From: an uncultured Nitrospinota bacterium
Lineage (GTDB): Bacteria; Tectomicrobia; Entotheonellia; J063; CAVPRW01
NCBI GenBank assembly: GCA_963707985.1
Contig: CAVPRW010000045.1
Location: forward strand, 96,001 to 160,000
Length of the DNA stretch: 64,000 bases
Direction: 5' to 3'
Of the stretch, positions 33,323-42,312 are shown piece by piece. The notes under the pieces were generated by a model that was not told the DNA's origin, did no database searches, and worked only from the letters and a program-made list of their open reading frames with translations. The translations under genes were made by a program, and so were the position numbers. Each line of letters starts with the position of its first letter. The stretch's first letter is position 1.

Positions 33323-35047
33323 CTATCGATGCAATGTCCATCTCAGCTCTTCTGCTTCCTTCTGGATGGCTTCGGTGCGCATGCTCCGTAGCCACTCGGG
33401 GAGGAGCTGCGGGTAGGAGCAGTGCAGGGCAGCGATGAGGGTCTGCAAACGGCGTTGTTGCACGATCGCCGTGCTCGCTTGCCAGATTTGCAGGACTTCG
33501 CGTACGGGCTTGCTTTGGGCCCTGACCTCGCGGACCAAGTTGTCAAAATCGCGCGCTGAGTAATGGCCGGTCCGTTGGAAGACGTGCTGCAGCTCCTCGC
33601 CATCGAGAGCGATATAGCGGCGCTGGAACAGTTCCTGGATGAAGCGCTGCCGCGCTTCACCCTCGGGATCGAAGATCGGAATCTGCAGGGGTGCGCGACT
33701 TTTCACGTCGGGATCCAGTTCGTCCGGGCGTGAGGTCATCAGTGCCCACAGCACTTTGCCGCGGAAGCTCGGGTCGCCCATCATCTTGATGATGTTGCCC
33801 GCTAGCCGCCGCTCCGTCTCATGCGTATCGGAATGATGCACACTGCCAAAAGCCGTATGCGCCTCATCGACCAGGATCAGCACCTTGCCATAGGTAGAGA
33901 TGTGCCAGCGCAGCCGCTCGAAAAGCTTGTCCGTCTGGCCATACCACATGCCCCGCAGCCCCGTCAGCTCGATGACGATCCGCCCTGATTCTGCCGCAAA
34001 CGCTTCCATCTGAAAGGTCTTGCCACCGCCGTTGGGACCGGAAACGAGCACTGCAGATACGGCCGTCTCCGGCTGGTCGCAGCGCTGGAAGATGCTGCGC
34101 AGGATCGTTGTGGTCGCTTCACTACCAATGATATCCTTGGGACTGTGGTTGGGAAGGTTCACTTTCACCACATCACCGAGCTCGGCTTCGAGAATAAGAT
34201 TGACTTCTGCCAGGACATCCTTCCGCCTGATCGGCGCCCCCGTTCGGCGCGAGGTCTCGAGCAAGTCTTCAAGGCTGGTGAGCTTCAAGCCGGCCGTGTC
34301 CTCGACAAACGCTGCTGAACTGAGCTCAAACTGCAGAGCCACGTCATCGGGAGTGCACATTGCTTCATACTGTGCGACGAAGTGGGCACGCTCCTGTGCA
34401 CTCGGCAGCGAAATCTCCACGTGTTCGGTCACCGGCAGCGCCAGCACGCGACGGTTGATTTCCGACTTGGTATCGGACACCAGCAGGATGACATTGCCGC
34501 TCTTGCTGAAGAACGGATCGTGGATCCAGTTGAGGAAGGTCACCAGCCGTTGCCGATCCAGCTCGGAGAGCCGATCAAAGTCACCGTCCGGAAACAGCGA
34601 ACCAGCAAATTGCATGATCAGGCAGATCGGCCGGTACCGGCTCTTGTCGCCAGCCCACAGTCTGGTCACGGCGTTGCTCATCTCCCGTAACAGGATCAGC
34701 ATCGGGAGCGGCTGATGCTGTGTTTGCACCATTTGCGCCTCAACGTCACCCAGCTTCTGTCCCTTGGAGGCGATGCGCTCGGCTAGCTGGCAGACTTTCA
34801 GGAGCTCTTGTTCGTCGGCCGGATCATAGAAACTGATGCCGGTGGCCGCATCGACCCGCACCACGAGAAACTTATCCCGCAGCTCCTGATAGAGTGTTTG
34901 CTCGAGAGGAGTATAGCTCCTGAGTCGAGGGCTCCAGAATTGATCGAGCACATTACCAGTGAGGAGAATGACACGCTTGCCCCGGCGGTTGTATGAATGG
35001 CCCACCGCATCGATGAACGATGGTCGAGGAAACTCCGCGTTAGGCAT
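33323..35047 (-). CDS. AAA+ ATPase, classical (Cdc48/Vps4/Ycf46-like) clade, with degenerate N-terminal AAA domain
   Basis: Walker A SGPNGGGKT, pore loop GMWYGQTDK, Walker B ILVDEA and SRH TSRPDELDPDVKSR. Confidence 0.8.
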   Translation of the reverse strand: MPNAEFPRPSFIDAVGHSYNRRGKRVILLTGNVLDQFWSPRLRSYTPLEQTLYQELRDKFLVVRVDAATGISFYDPADEQELLKVCQLAERIASKGQKLGDVEAQMVQTQHQPLPMLILLREMSNAVTRLWAGDKSRYRPICLIMQFAGSLFPDGDFDRLSELDRQRLVTFLNWIHDPFFSKSGNVILLVSDTKSEINRRVLALPVTEHVEISLPSAQERAHFVAQYEAMCTPDDVALQFELSSAAFVEDTAGLKLTSLEDLLETSRRTGAPIRRKDVLAEVNLILEAELGDVVKVNLPNHSPKDIIGSEATTTILRSIFQRCDQPETAVSAVLVSGPNGGGKTFQMEAFAAESGRIVIELTGLRGMWYGQTDKLFERLRWHISTYGKVLILVDEAHTAFGSVHHSDTHETERRLAGNIIKMMGDPSFRGKVLWALMTSRPDELDPDVKSRAPLQIPIFDPEGEARQRFIQELFQRRYIALDGEELQHVFQRTGHYSARDFDNLVREVRAQSKPVREVLQIWQASTAIVQQRRLQTLIAALHCSYPQLLPEWLRSMRTEAIQKEAEELRWTLHR

Positions 35048-36002
35048 CAGTCCCCTCCTTTGCCTCACTCACTTCTGCGGCTGACAGTGGCTCTGGGCTC
35101 AGGGTATCCCGATGGTTGAGGTTGAACTGCCGCAGTCGTTGCCGATTCCCAGGGTCGAGCGCCTCGTGGCGTACCTGCTCCAATAGTGCGTTGAACTCGG
35201 CCGTGGCACGGATCGCCGTAGGCTTCGGGTGGCCTCCGGGCGTGGGCAGATCGGTGACAATGACCGCTCCCACGCCAGGTTTCCCTGCATCATCCGACCA
35301 ATACTGTGACAAGCCAACCACTCTCGTGCCGACATAGCACGCTTCATCGAGGTCATGGGTGACGAAGATGATGGTCATGCGATAGTCTTCCCATTGTTCG
35401 AGGATGAGCAGCTGCATGGCGAGGCGGGTGTTATGGTCCAGGGCGCCAAAGGGTTCGTCCATCAACAGGATCCTGGGCTGCATCATAAGCGCCTGGGCAA
35501 TCGCCACACGCTGCTGCATACCACCTGATAGCTCATAAGGGAACTTATCACCGTCCCAGGGGTTTAGCCCAATGCGCACGAGATACTCTTGTGCCACCTC
35601 CCGAGACTGGCGTTGCGTACGTCGATAGGCAGGCGTATACAGCAGGCGCTGCAGCATTGACGTACGTTCGAGCAATGGCCCGTAGGCGATGTTTTCCAGC
35701 ACCGTGAGGTGTGGAAACAACGAGTACCTCTGGAACACCACGCCGCGGTCGCGGTCGACACCGGTGACGGGTTGGCCGTCGACCAATACCTGACCTTGCG
35801 TCGGGAACTGGGAGCCAAGGATCAGCCGCAGGATTGTGGACTTACCACAACCGGTCGGCCCCACCAGGGAAAGGAACTCGCCGCCACGAATGTCCAGGCA
35901 AACGTTGTTGAGAATGATGTTACGGCCACCATCGCCATTGCCGTTCTTGAGGTAACTCACCCCAACGCCCTGGAGGCTGATGAGATATGGGTTCGCTGCC
36001 AC
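35040..36002 (-). CDS. ABC transporter ATP-binding protein (TauB/SsuB/NrtD-like)
   Basis: GPTGCGKST, LSGGMQQR, LLMDEPFGALD and VTHD. Confidence 0.93.
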   Translation of the reverse strand: MAANPYLISLQGVGVSYLKNGNGDGGRNIILNNVCLDIRGGEFLSLVGPTGCGKSTILRLILGSQFPTQGQVLVDGQPVTGVDRDRGVVFQRYSLFPHLTVLENIAYGPLLERTSMLQRLLYTPAYRRTQRQSREVAQEYLVRIGLNPWDGDKFPYELSGGMQQRVAIAQALMMQPRILLMDEPFGALDHNTRLAMQLLILEQWEDYRMTIIFVTHDLDEACYVGTRVVGLSQYWSDDAGKPGVGAVIVTDLPTPGGHPKPTAIRATAEFNALLEQVRHEALDPGNRQRLRQFNLNHRDTLSPEPLSAAEVSEAKEGTDA

Positions 36003-36026
36003 GATCCCGCCCCTTTCGCCAGCGGC

Positions 36027-36837
36027 TTACTTGTCGACCCAGACATAACGCCTGCGGATCACCCACTGGATGAACCAATCGGTCAGGAAAAGCAGCCCTG
36101 TCATCCACAGCACATAGGGGATGATGATATCCATGGCCACGTACCGTCGAACCACGAAGATGCGGTAACCGAGGCCGACGGTAGCCGCCAGCGACTCTCC
36201 GGCAATGAGCAGCAACATGGCGGCTTTGAGATTGAGCCGGATGGTATCGAGCATCTTGGGGAAGATCTGCGGCATGACAATACGGTAGGCGATTTCGTGC
36301 TCCGAAGCGCCAAGTGTTTGCGCTTTGTGAATTTGCTCGCGCGGGATCGATCTTAGCCCGCAGATGGGCATCGAGCGCTACGGTTGGGAAGACGCCGATG
36401 ACGATCAGCGCTATTTTCGACAGCTCATCGAGGCCAAAGATGATGAACAGGATCGGCAAGACCGAGAGCGCCGGGAGTTTGTCAAAGAACACAATGAATC
36501 GGTAAAACAGAGCCTCGACGTAGGGGAAAAGCCCCATCCCGACGCCAAGCGGGATGGCCAGGAACACCGCGCCAATAGCGATGCCGAAGCGCCGAGCGCT
36601 GGCGAAGGTATCGACCCACAGCCGTAGATCGCCATTGCGGTCGGGCTCGAAAGCGGCCCGTTTCATGCCCTCAAGCATCTCTGTCACCGTCGGCATGACC
36701 TTATCTTGCGGGTTTTCCTGGTGGCGATAGTAAGAGCCAGCAAGGTAGGCTGCCGTGAGCAGCCCAAACAGTAGGGCGGATAACAGGTAGGTGGCAGCGA
36801 CACTCGGTTGGGCATCCGTGCGGAAAAAGGACCTCAC
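36027..36837 (-). CDS. ABC transporter permease (TauC/SsuC-like; apparent +1 frameshift near 36352)
   Basis: LSVLPILFIIFGLDE, EAA-like AQTLGAS and GLGYRIFVVRRY. Confidence 0.9.
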
Positions 36838-36924
36838 GACCCTGCCTCACTTAACAGTCACTACCCTAGCCCTCCCCCTTGAGGGATGGGGGTTCGGAAG
36901 GCGGTGAAATAACGGCGGAAGGCC

Positions 36925-38001
36925 TCAATTCTGACGCAGCTGCCCGGTTTTGGCCTTGTCCACGATTCGCGTATCGTAGCGCAGTTTGACGTTGCGGCTG
37001 TCGCCCTGAATGGTTCCGTCAGGGTAGCTGATGCCAATGATGTCAACGCTCCGCGCGTTCTCGCCGAGGAGACCGTACTTGAAGCAGAAATTGCGAACAA
37101 AGTCCATTTTTTCCTTGATCTCAGAGCTGCGCATATAATCGCTGGCAGCTTCCGGAGTCCAGAACATGGCTGTAGTCCGGAGCTGTGCCTTGTACTCGCT
37201 GAGCGAGGCATTCGAGCGTTGGGCCATCGCAGTCATCGCCCTGTCGGCTTCTGGACCACGCTGGGACATCAGGCTCATCACCTCATACCAGGCTCCCACC
37301 AGGGCTTCCGTAAAGCGCGGGTCGTCGTTCAGCACCTTCGTATTGACAACCAGGAGGTCGAGGACTTCGCCAGGAATCTTTGCTGAATCGAACAGCCTGC
37401 TCACCCCTGGCGTCTGCTCGATGCTCATGACCATGGGATTCCAGGTCACCACGGCCTTCTGACTCTTGTTGGCGATGAACGCCGGGGCGATGTCTGAGTC
37501 CGAGGTGTTGACCACCTTCAACTCCGACTCCTTGACGCCGTGCATCTCAAGCGCACGGGCCAGGAGATAGTGGCTAACCGAAAGCTCCACCAGATAAATT
37601 TCAGTCCCCTTGAGCCCCTGCACATCGGGGATGCCGCGGACGAGAATCGCATCGTTGCCGTTGGAGTAGTCCCCCACGATGGCCACAGTGGTATCGATCC
37701 CGGACTTGGCCGGCATGGCCAGAGCCTCCATATTGGTCATCACACCGGCATCGACCTTGCCCGCCACAAACGCTTCGACGCTTGGGATGTAGTCCATCTC
37801 GACCACTTCGATGGTGATCTTATAGCGCTCGGCCCATTTCTTGATGATGGCCTGATCCTTGGCATAGTACCAGGGCATCCAACCGGCATAGATGCTGACC
37901 GCAAGCGTGAATTTGTCCTTGGCGAGCGCCGCAGATGGGAGCGCTGTGCTCGCGAGCGCGGTGACCACCAGTGCGGCGACCAGCGAACGGACCTTCAGCA
38001 T
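36925..38001 (-). CDS. ABC substrate-binding protein, 'putative urea ABC transporter'/NMT1-like type
   Basis: Signal peptide, SIYAGWMPW, MTNMEAL, DYSNGNDAI, SVSHYLL and KIPGEVLD. Confidence 0.85.
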   Translation of the reverse strand: MLKVRSLVAALVVTALASTALPSAALAKDKFTLAVSIYAGWMPWYYAKDQAIIKKWAERYKITIEVVEMDYIPSVEAFVAGKVDAGVMTNMEALAMPAKSGIDTTVAIVGDYSNGNDAILVRGIPDVQGLKGTEIYLVELSVSHYLLARALEMHGVKESELKVVNTSDSDIAPAFIANKSQKAVVTWNPMVMSIEQTPGVSRLFDSAKIPGEVLDLLVVNTKVLNDDPRFTEALVGAWYEVMSLMSQRGPEADRAMTAMAQRSNASLSEYKAQLRTTAMFWTPEAASDYMRSSEIKEKMDFVRNFCFKYGLLGENARSVDIIGISYPDGTIQGDSRNVKLRYDTRIVDKAKTGQLRQN

Positions 38002-38072
38002 GGCCTTCCCTCCTTGCGCGTATCGTGTGGAGTATGGCATCAAGAATGCCCGTAAGGAAAAAGGGCCGAAGC

Positions 38073-38891
38073 TCAAATCTTCGGCACATCCTCGGCTTGC
38101 CTGGGAGCCGTGCCGGTTTTTGCCTCGCGCTCGGCCTTGCGCGCCGCGAGCATGGCCCCGAAGTCCTCGTCGACCGATGAGGACCGCCCCGCCGCGGCGT
38201 ATTCGGCATCCTGGGCTCGCACGTCGGTCCCGGCTAGCCGTTCGCTCACGCGTGCCTTGGCGGCAAGCTCACGATTCGCCTGCATCACGGCGTCGAGCGG
38301 GCCACGGTCGATGCTCGCCTGCATCCCCTGCAACCGTCGGTTGAGATCGATGATCTTCTGATTCGACACGAAATCCGCCATCGCCTGGGCTTTCTGGCCC
38401 GGCAAATTCTGGATCTCGGCTTGCAGGGTGGTGAGTTGGCGCTCAAATCCGTGCATGCGGTCCTCCTGCACCTTGACATCCTCGCTGAGCTCGCCTTGGC
38501 GTACTTCGATCTGTTTGATGCGTCCCTGGAAACGTTCGAAGGCGGTCTTATGTTTCTGCAGCTCCTCGGCGTCACCCGCTTGCTGGGCGCGTTCGTACAT
38601 CGTCAGGGCCCCATCCCGCTTGATACCCAGATCCTTCAGTTCCTTGGCCAGGGCTTCGCTTTCGAGGCGTTTCTCTTCGAGGACGGTTTCCAGCTGCCCG
38701 AAGGCATCGAAGAGGTCTTCGTAGCGTCGAATCATCTGGTCGCGATGCAGATCAAAGGCATCCGCGATACCCTCCGTCGAACCGGTGAACATCCGATCGG
38801 CAGCTCGGACCAAGCCAAGCTGTTTGCGTAGTCCGTAGAAAGTGATCAGGCGCCAGAACGCCTGAAATAATCCCATCTGCTCATCTGCCAT
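38073..38891 (-). CDS. Divergent PspA/IM30 (ESCRT-III superfamily)-like coiled-coil protein
   Basis: N-terminal amphipathic MGLFQAFWRLI, long helical hairpin, L..QKAQAMA, AKARVSERLAG and a short C-terminal helix VDEDFGAML. Confidence 0.7.
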   Translation of the reverse strand: MADEQMGLFQAFWRLITFYGLRKQLGLVRAADRMFTGSTEGIADAFDLHRDQMIRRYEDLFDAFGQLETVLEEKRLESEALAKELKDLGIKRDGALTMYERAQQAGDAEELQKHKTAFERFQGRIKQIEVRQGELSEDVKVQEDRMHGFERQLTTLQAEIQNLPGQKAQAMADFVSNQKIIDLNRRLQGMQASIDRGPLDAVMQANRELAAKARVSERLAGTDVRAQDAEYAAAGRSSSVDEDFGAMLAARKAEREAKTGTAPRQAEDVPKI

Positions 38892-38909
38892 CGCGATCCC
38901 CCTTTCCAC

Positions 38910-39843
38910 TTAGACTTCGAGATACTCCTCATCGGCCCGCGCGTCTTCGTTGCCGAAGCCCCGCAGCCGCTGCTCCACGCGCCGTGCCGCTTCGACGGCG
39001 CGTTCCAGATGTGATGCGGCGTTGCTGGCCAAAGGCCCGCCGCTTACGGCCTGCCCGACCAGGTCAACGACCTCGAGATGGGCCGTCTCCAACGCCGTTT
39101 CCAGTTCATTGAGTTGAGCGATCAGGGCACGCAGCTCCTCCTCACGCTGGTGATATCTGTCGAGGCGCTTCGTGTGGGCCTCGATGTTGCGCTCAAGGCT
39201 TTCGGCCGTGCCCTCTCGCTCGCGTTGTTGGATCCACGCCAGGCGTTCTTGCTCCAGAGTGTTCACATCAACCTGTTGCAGAGCCTGGAACAGGTTGAGG
39301 GCTCTCTTGAGGATCGTGACGCCGTGGCGGTAGGTCTCCTCCGCCAGGACACGAAAGCGCTCAGCCACTGGCGTTTCCCTGACCAGGCTGTTGTTCGACG
39401 AGAAACTGGTCCAGCTGGTGATAGGCGTCGGTGAGCTCCTGGGCTTCCTTCGCGCCAGCAGTAAAACCCGCCTGCCGACAGGCCAGAGCCAGCTCATCAA
39501 CCTCACGACGTTCATATTCGTCGCGCAGGGCACGGAGCTGCTGGATGTGTTGCTCGGCCAGGGTATCGCCACGACCAATATAGTTGATCACCCAGGCAGC
39601 AGCGCTCATGAAGCCAAAGCCTAATGCGGCCATGAGCGAGGCTGGACTCAGGTCAATTGCCACACTCCACAACACCGCCACCGTGGCCAATGCTGCGGGC
39701 AGGATCGTGGCCGGATGTTGCAGGGTATCCTGTAAGACGGCGCGCTGCACGGCCCGTGGGGTAAAGTCTTCGGCCGTCGGCTTACGATCGAGAGATGACG
39801 GCTCACCAGGTTGTGCGCGGCCCTTCAGGCGCTCCCACCACAC
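38910..39843 (-). CDS. 2-TM membrane protein with long coiled coil (apparent +1 frameshift near 39370)
   Basis: ORFs 39361-39843 and 38910-39578 join if one G is removed (GNASAERFR). Two TM helices followed by a heptad-rich region. Confidence 0.7.
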
Positions 39844-39858
39844 GTGGGTCCCCTTTCG

Positions 39859-41422
39859 CTATAGCACATTTTCTTCAAGCAGCACGAACTCCACTCTGGG
39901 AAGTCGATACTGGAAGGCGCGCTCAGATTCCCCCGGCTTCCGCGGTGGGGGTTGAGACGCCCCTTTGCCCTCGGCATGGAGTCGATCGGCATCGATCGCG
40001 TGTACGGCGATCAGATACTGTGCCACCGCCTGTGCCCGGGCCAGGGAGAGCTTACGATTTTCCTCCTCATCACCGGTGCCCGTGTGACCGCGCACAGCGA
40101 CCCGGTATCCCGGGTAGTTATTGATGAGCAGGGCGGCGATCTTGTCGACCTGCTCCTTACTGGTCACGTCCAGGAGCTCGCCCCCGGCCTGAAAGGTGAT
40201 CGGTTCGACACGCAAAGTGCCGATCTCCCGCAGACTCTTCCACGCTTCATCGCTGAGGGGTTTGAAGTCGACAGGACTGCCTCCCTGCCGCCCCACCATC
40301 GCTGGAGCACTCTTGAACAACTTTTCCAGAAGGCTGGAGTTGATGATCACATAAGGATTCCCGTCGAGTGGATCGCGCGACAGCTTCCCCGAACGCCTGA
40401 GGATGTCAGTGCAGGCAATGATAGTCTTCACGATGCCGTCAGTCGCCGTCGTATCAGCGCTGGTGCCAAGCCCAAACTGTTGCTCAGCGTTTTCGAACAA
40501 GTCGTACCAATCGATCTTATGCAAAATGTTCTCCACGGCCTCCCGTGGTAGATGTGTCGACTGGGCCATATCGGTCAGCAGCCGGGCGCGGTCGTTGGCA
40601 TAGCTGCGCATCACCGTGAAGTAGACATCGAAAAAGTCGATGATCGCCCTGTTCGTGGCGCTGCACGAAGTCACGATGAAACACAAAGACGTCCTTAATG
40701 TACCCAGAAAACTTGTCAGAACCCCAGATGTACTTTAATTCGGGGACTTCTTGGAGCGCCCGCGACAGTTCAGACTCCCATAGGACAAACATGTCTCCCT
40801 CACGCCGCCTGGCCCGCTCCAGGACCTCACGCGCGCTGCCGACTTCAACACGCCAGGTGCTGGTCGAGGTGAGGTGGAACAGATCAAAGCCGACGATCGT
40901 GAGGTCGAGCAAAAACGCACTCGGGCTGTCGGCCGTGTACACGACCTTGAGCCCAGGGTTATTGAGATCGCGGATGTTGCCGGTGGGGAACTTGTCGGCA
41001 AACCCGACGATCCCATCGGCGCCGTTCGACTCCGCAATCGCCGCCACGATGACCCCTGGGAACTTGTGGGCCGAGCCGTGCTGCAGATAGGAGCTCACAG
41101 GCAGGACAATAGCATCATACTCGCGGTTGGCAAATTTCTGCAGCCGAGCCGCATAAGCGCCGCCGTCATCGTGAAACAGGATAGCGATACCGCGACGCGC
41201 AGCCTCCCTGCGGGTGTCGGGCGCAGAAATGAACCAATAACCCAGGTAGCCATCCCCGCCGATGCGGATGGTCGTTGATACCCGGGAATCGCTGGTCGCA
41301 GCCTGTTTGTACGCCGCATACTTCTCTGTGGCATAGGGCCAGAGGAACCTGGCGGCAAGGACGGTCAAGCCCCCGAGGAGGAGGATGAGCACGGCAGCCA
41401 ACGTGGACCTCTTATTCGCCAT
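39859..41422 (-). CDS. Membrane-anchored NMT1-like SBP fused to OmpA-C domain (apparent +1 frameshift near 40648)
   Basis: N-terminal TM and ESNGADGIV SBP motif. OmpA motifs VRGHTG, NRKLSLARAQAVAQYL and RVEF. Confidence 0.82.
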
Positions 41423-41578
41423 GCTCTATCTCGGATGCAAGCACATCGCGTTCGTCCCATACCCCGGCCCTCTCCGACAAGGAGAGAGAGCCAGGCACCA
41501 AAGGTCTTGTTGTATCCGGAAAAAACGACCCTGCCGTTGTCTATCCCTCTTCAGCATGAGATGGGGCACACGGGCGTC

Positions 41579-42295
41579 CTACCGGCCAGGAAATGTTTGA
41601 GGATCAAACATGCTGGTCTCTGCCAACGTTTCCTCGAGACCGAGCTTGAGGGCCTCGATGGAGTCAGCCGGACGATAGGACACCGAGGACTTGCGCAGGG
41701 CGTGGTCGGTGCTGAGACATAGGCCAATCGTGTAGATAGGGACGCGTCGCTCGCGGGCGTAGGCGACTGCCTGGGGGAGTGGTCGTCCGGTCGCCTCCCC
41801 ATCGGTAACCACAATCAGCCGAAACTCCCCGTAACCGAGTTGTTTATCACGCTGTCGCATCAGCCGATTCACCCCTTGTTCGATCGATTCCGTGAGGGGT
41901 GTTTGGCCGCCGGCTCGAATCTTCTTGACCTCAACGAGGAATGCCCCGCGGCTGTCAGGGCCCAACGCGACACGCTCGCTATTGCCGTTCGTGTCAAAGA
42001 CCCATAACCCCAGGTGGACATCGCGCGGCACCAGAGGAAGGAACTGCTCCACAGCCCACTTGGCCCCCTCGAGCCGGGAGCTGAACCGCTTGTCACCTTT
42101 GCACTGCTTGGTGAGAGATTCGGACATGGACCCCGACCCGTCGAAAATGAAGTAGAAATTTCGAGCCAAGGAGGCTTCATCCGTCTGTGTCGGCTGAGGC
42201 TGTACTTCCGTCGGGCTCTCGGCCCCCGCCATCAGCGCCATCGCAAGAGTGGCTGCGAGGCACAGGACGATTCCGGTATGCATCCGTTGGTACAT
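41579..42295 (-). CDS. Exported VWA-domain protein
   Basis: Signal/TM segment. MIDAS FIFDGSGSM, GGQTPL and VVTDGE. Confidence 0.88.
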   Translation of the reverse strand: MYQRMHTGIVLCLAATLAMALMAGAESPTEVQPQPTQTDEASLARNFYFIFDGSGSMSESLTKQCKGDKRFSSRLEGAKWAVEQFLPLVPRDVHLGLWVFDTNGNSERVALGPDSRGAFLVEVKKIRAGGQTPLTESIEQGVNRLMRQRDKQLGYGEFRLIVVTDGEATGRPLPQAVAYARERRVPIYTIGLCLSTDHALRKSSVSYRPADSIEALKLGLEETLAETSMFDPQTFPGR

Positions 42296-42312
42296 CGCAC
42301 TAGCCTCCTTCG

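Noticed and set aside
38002..38072. Guanidine riboswitch upstream of the urea-type SBP
   Set aside because: The gap is short and no recognisable guanidine-I, II or III motif was seen by eye.
26756..41422. Programmed frameshifting or pseudogenisation in acr3, arsM and the operon genes
   Set aside because: No slippery sites. Uniform +1 insertions point to sequencing error.
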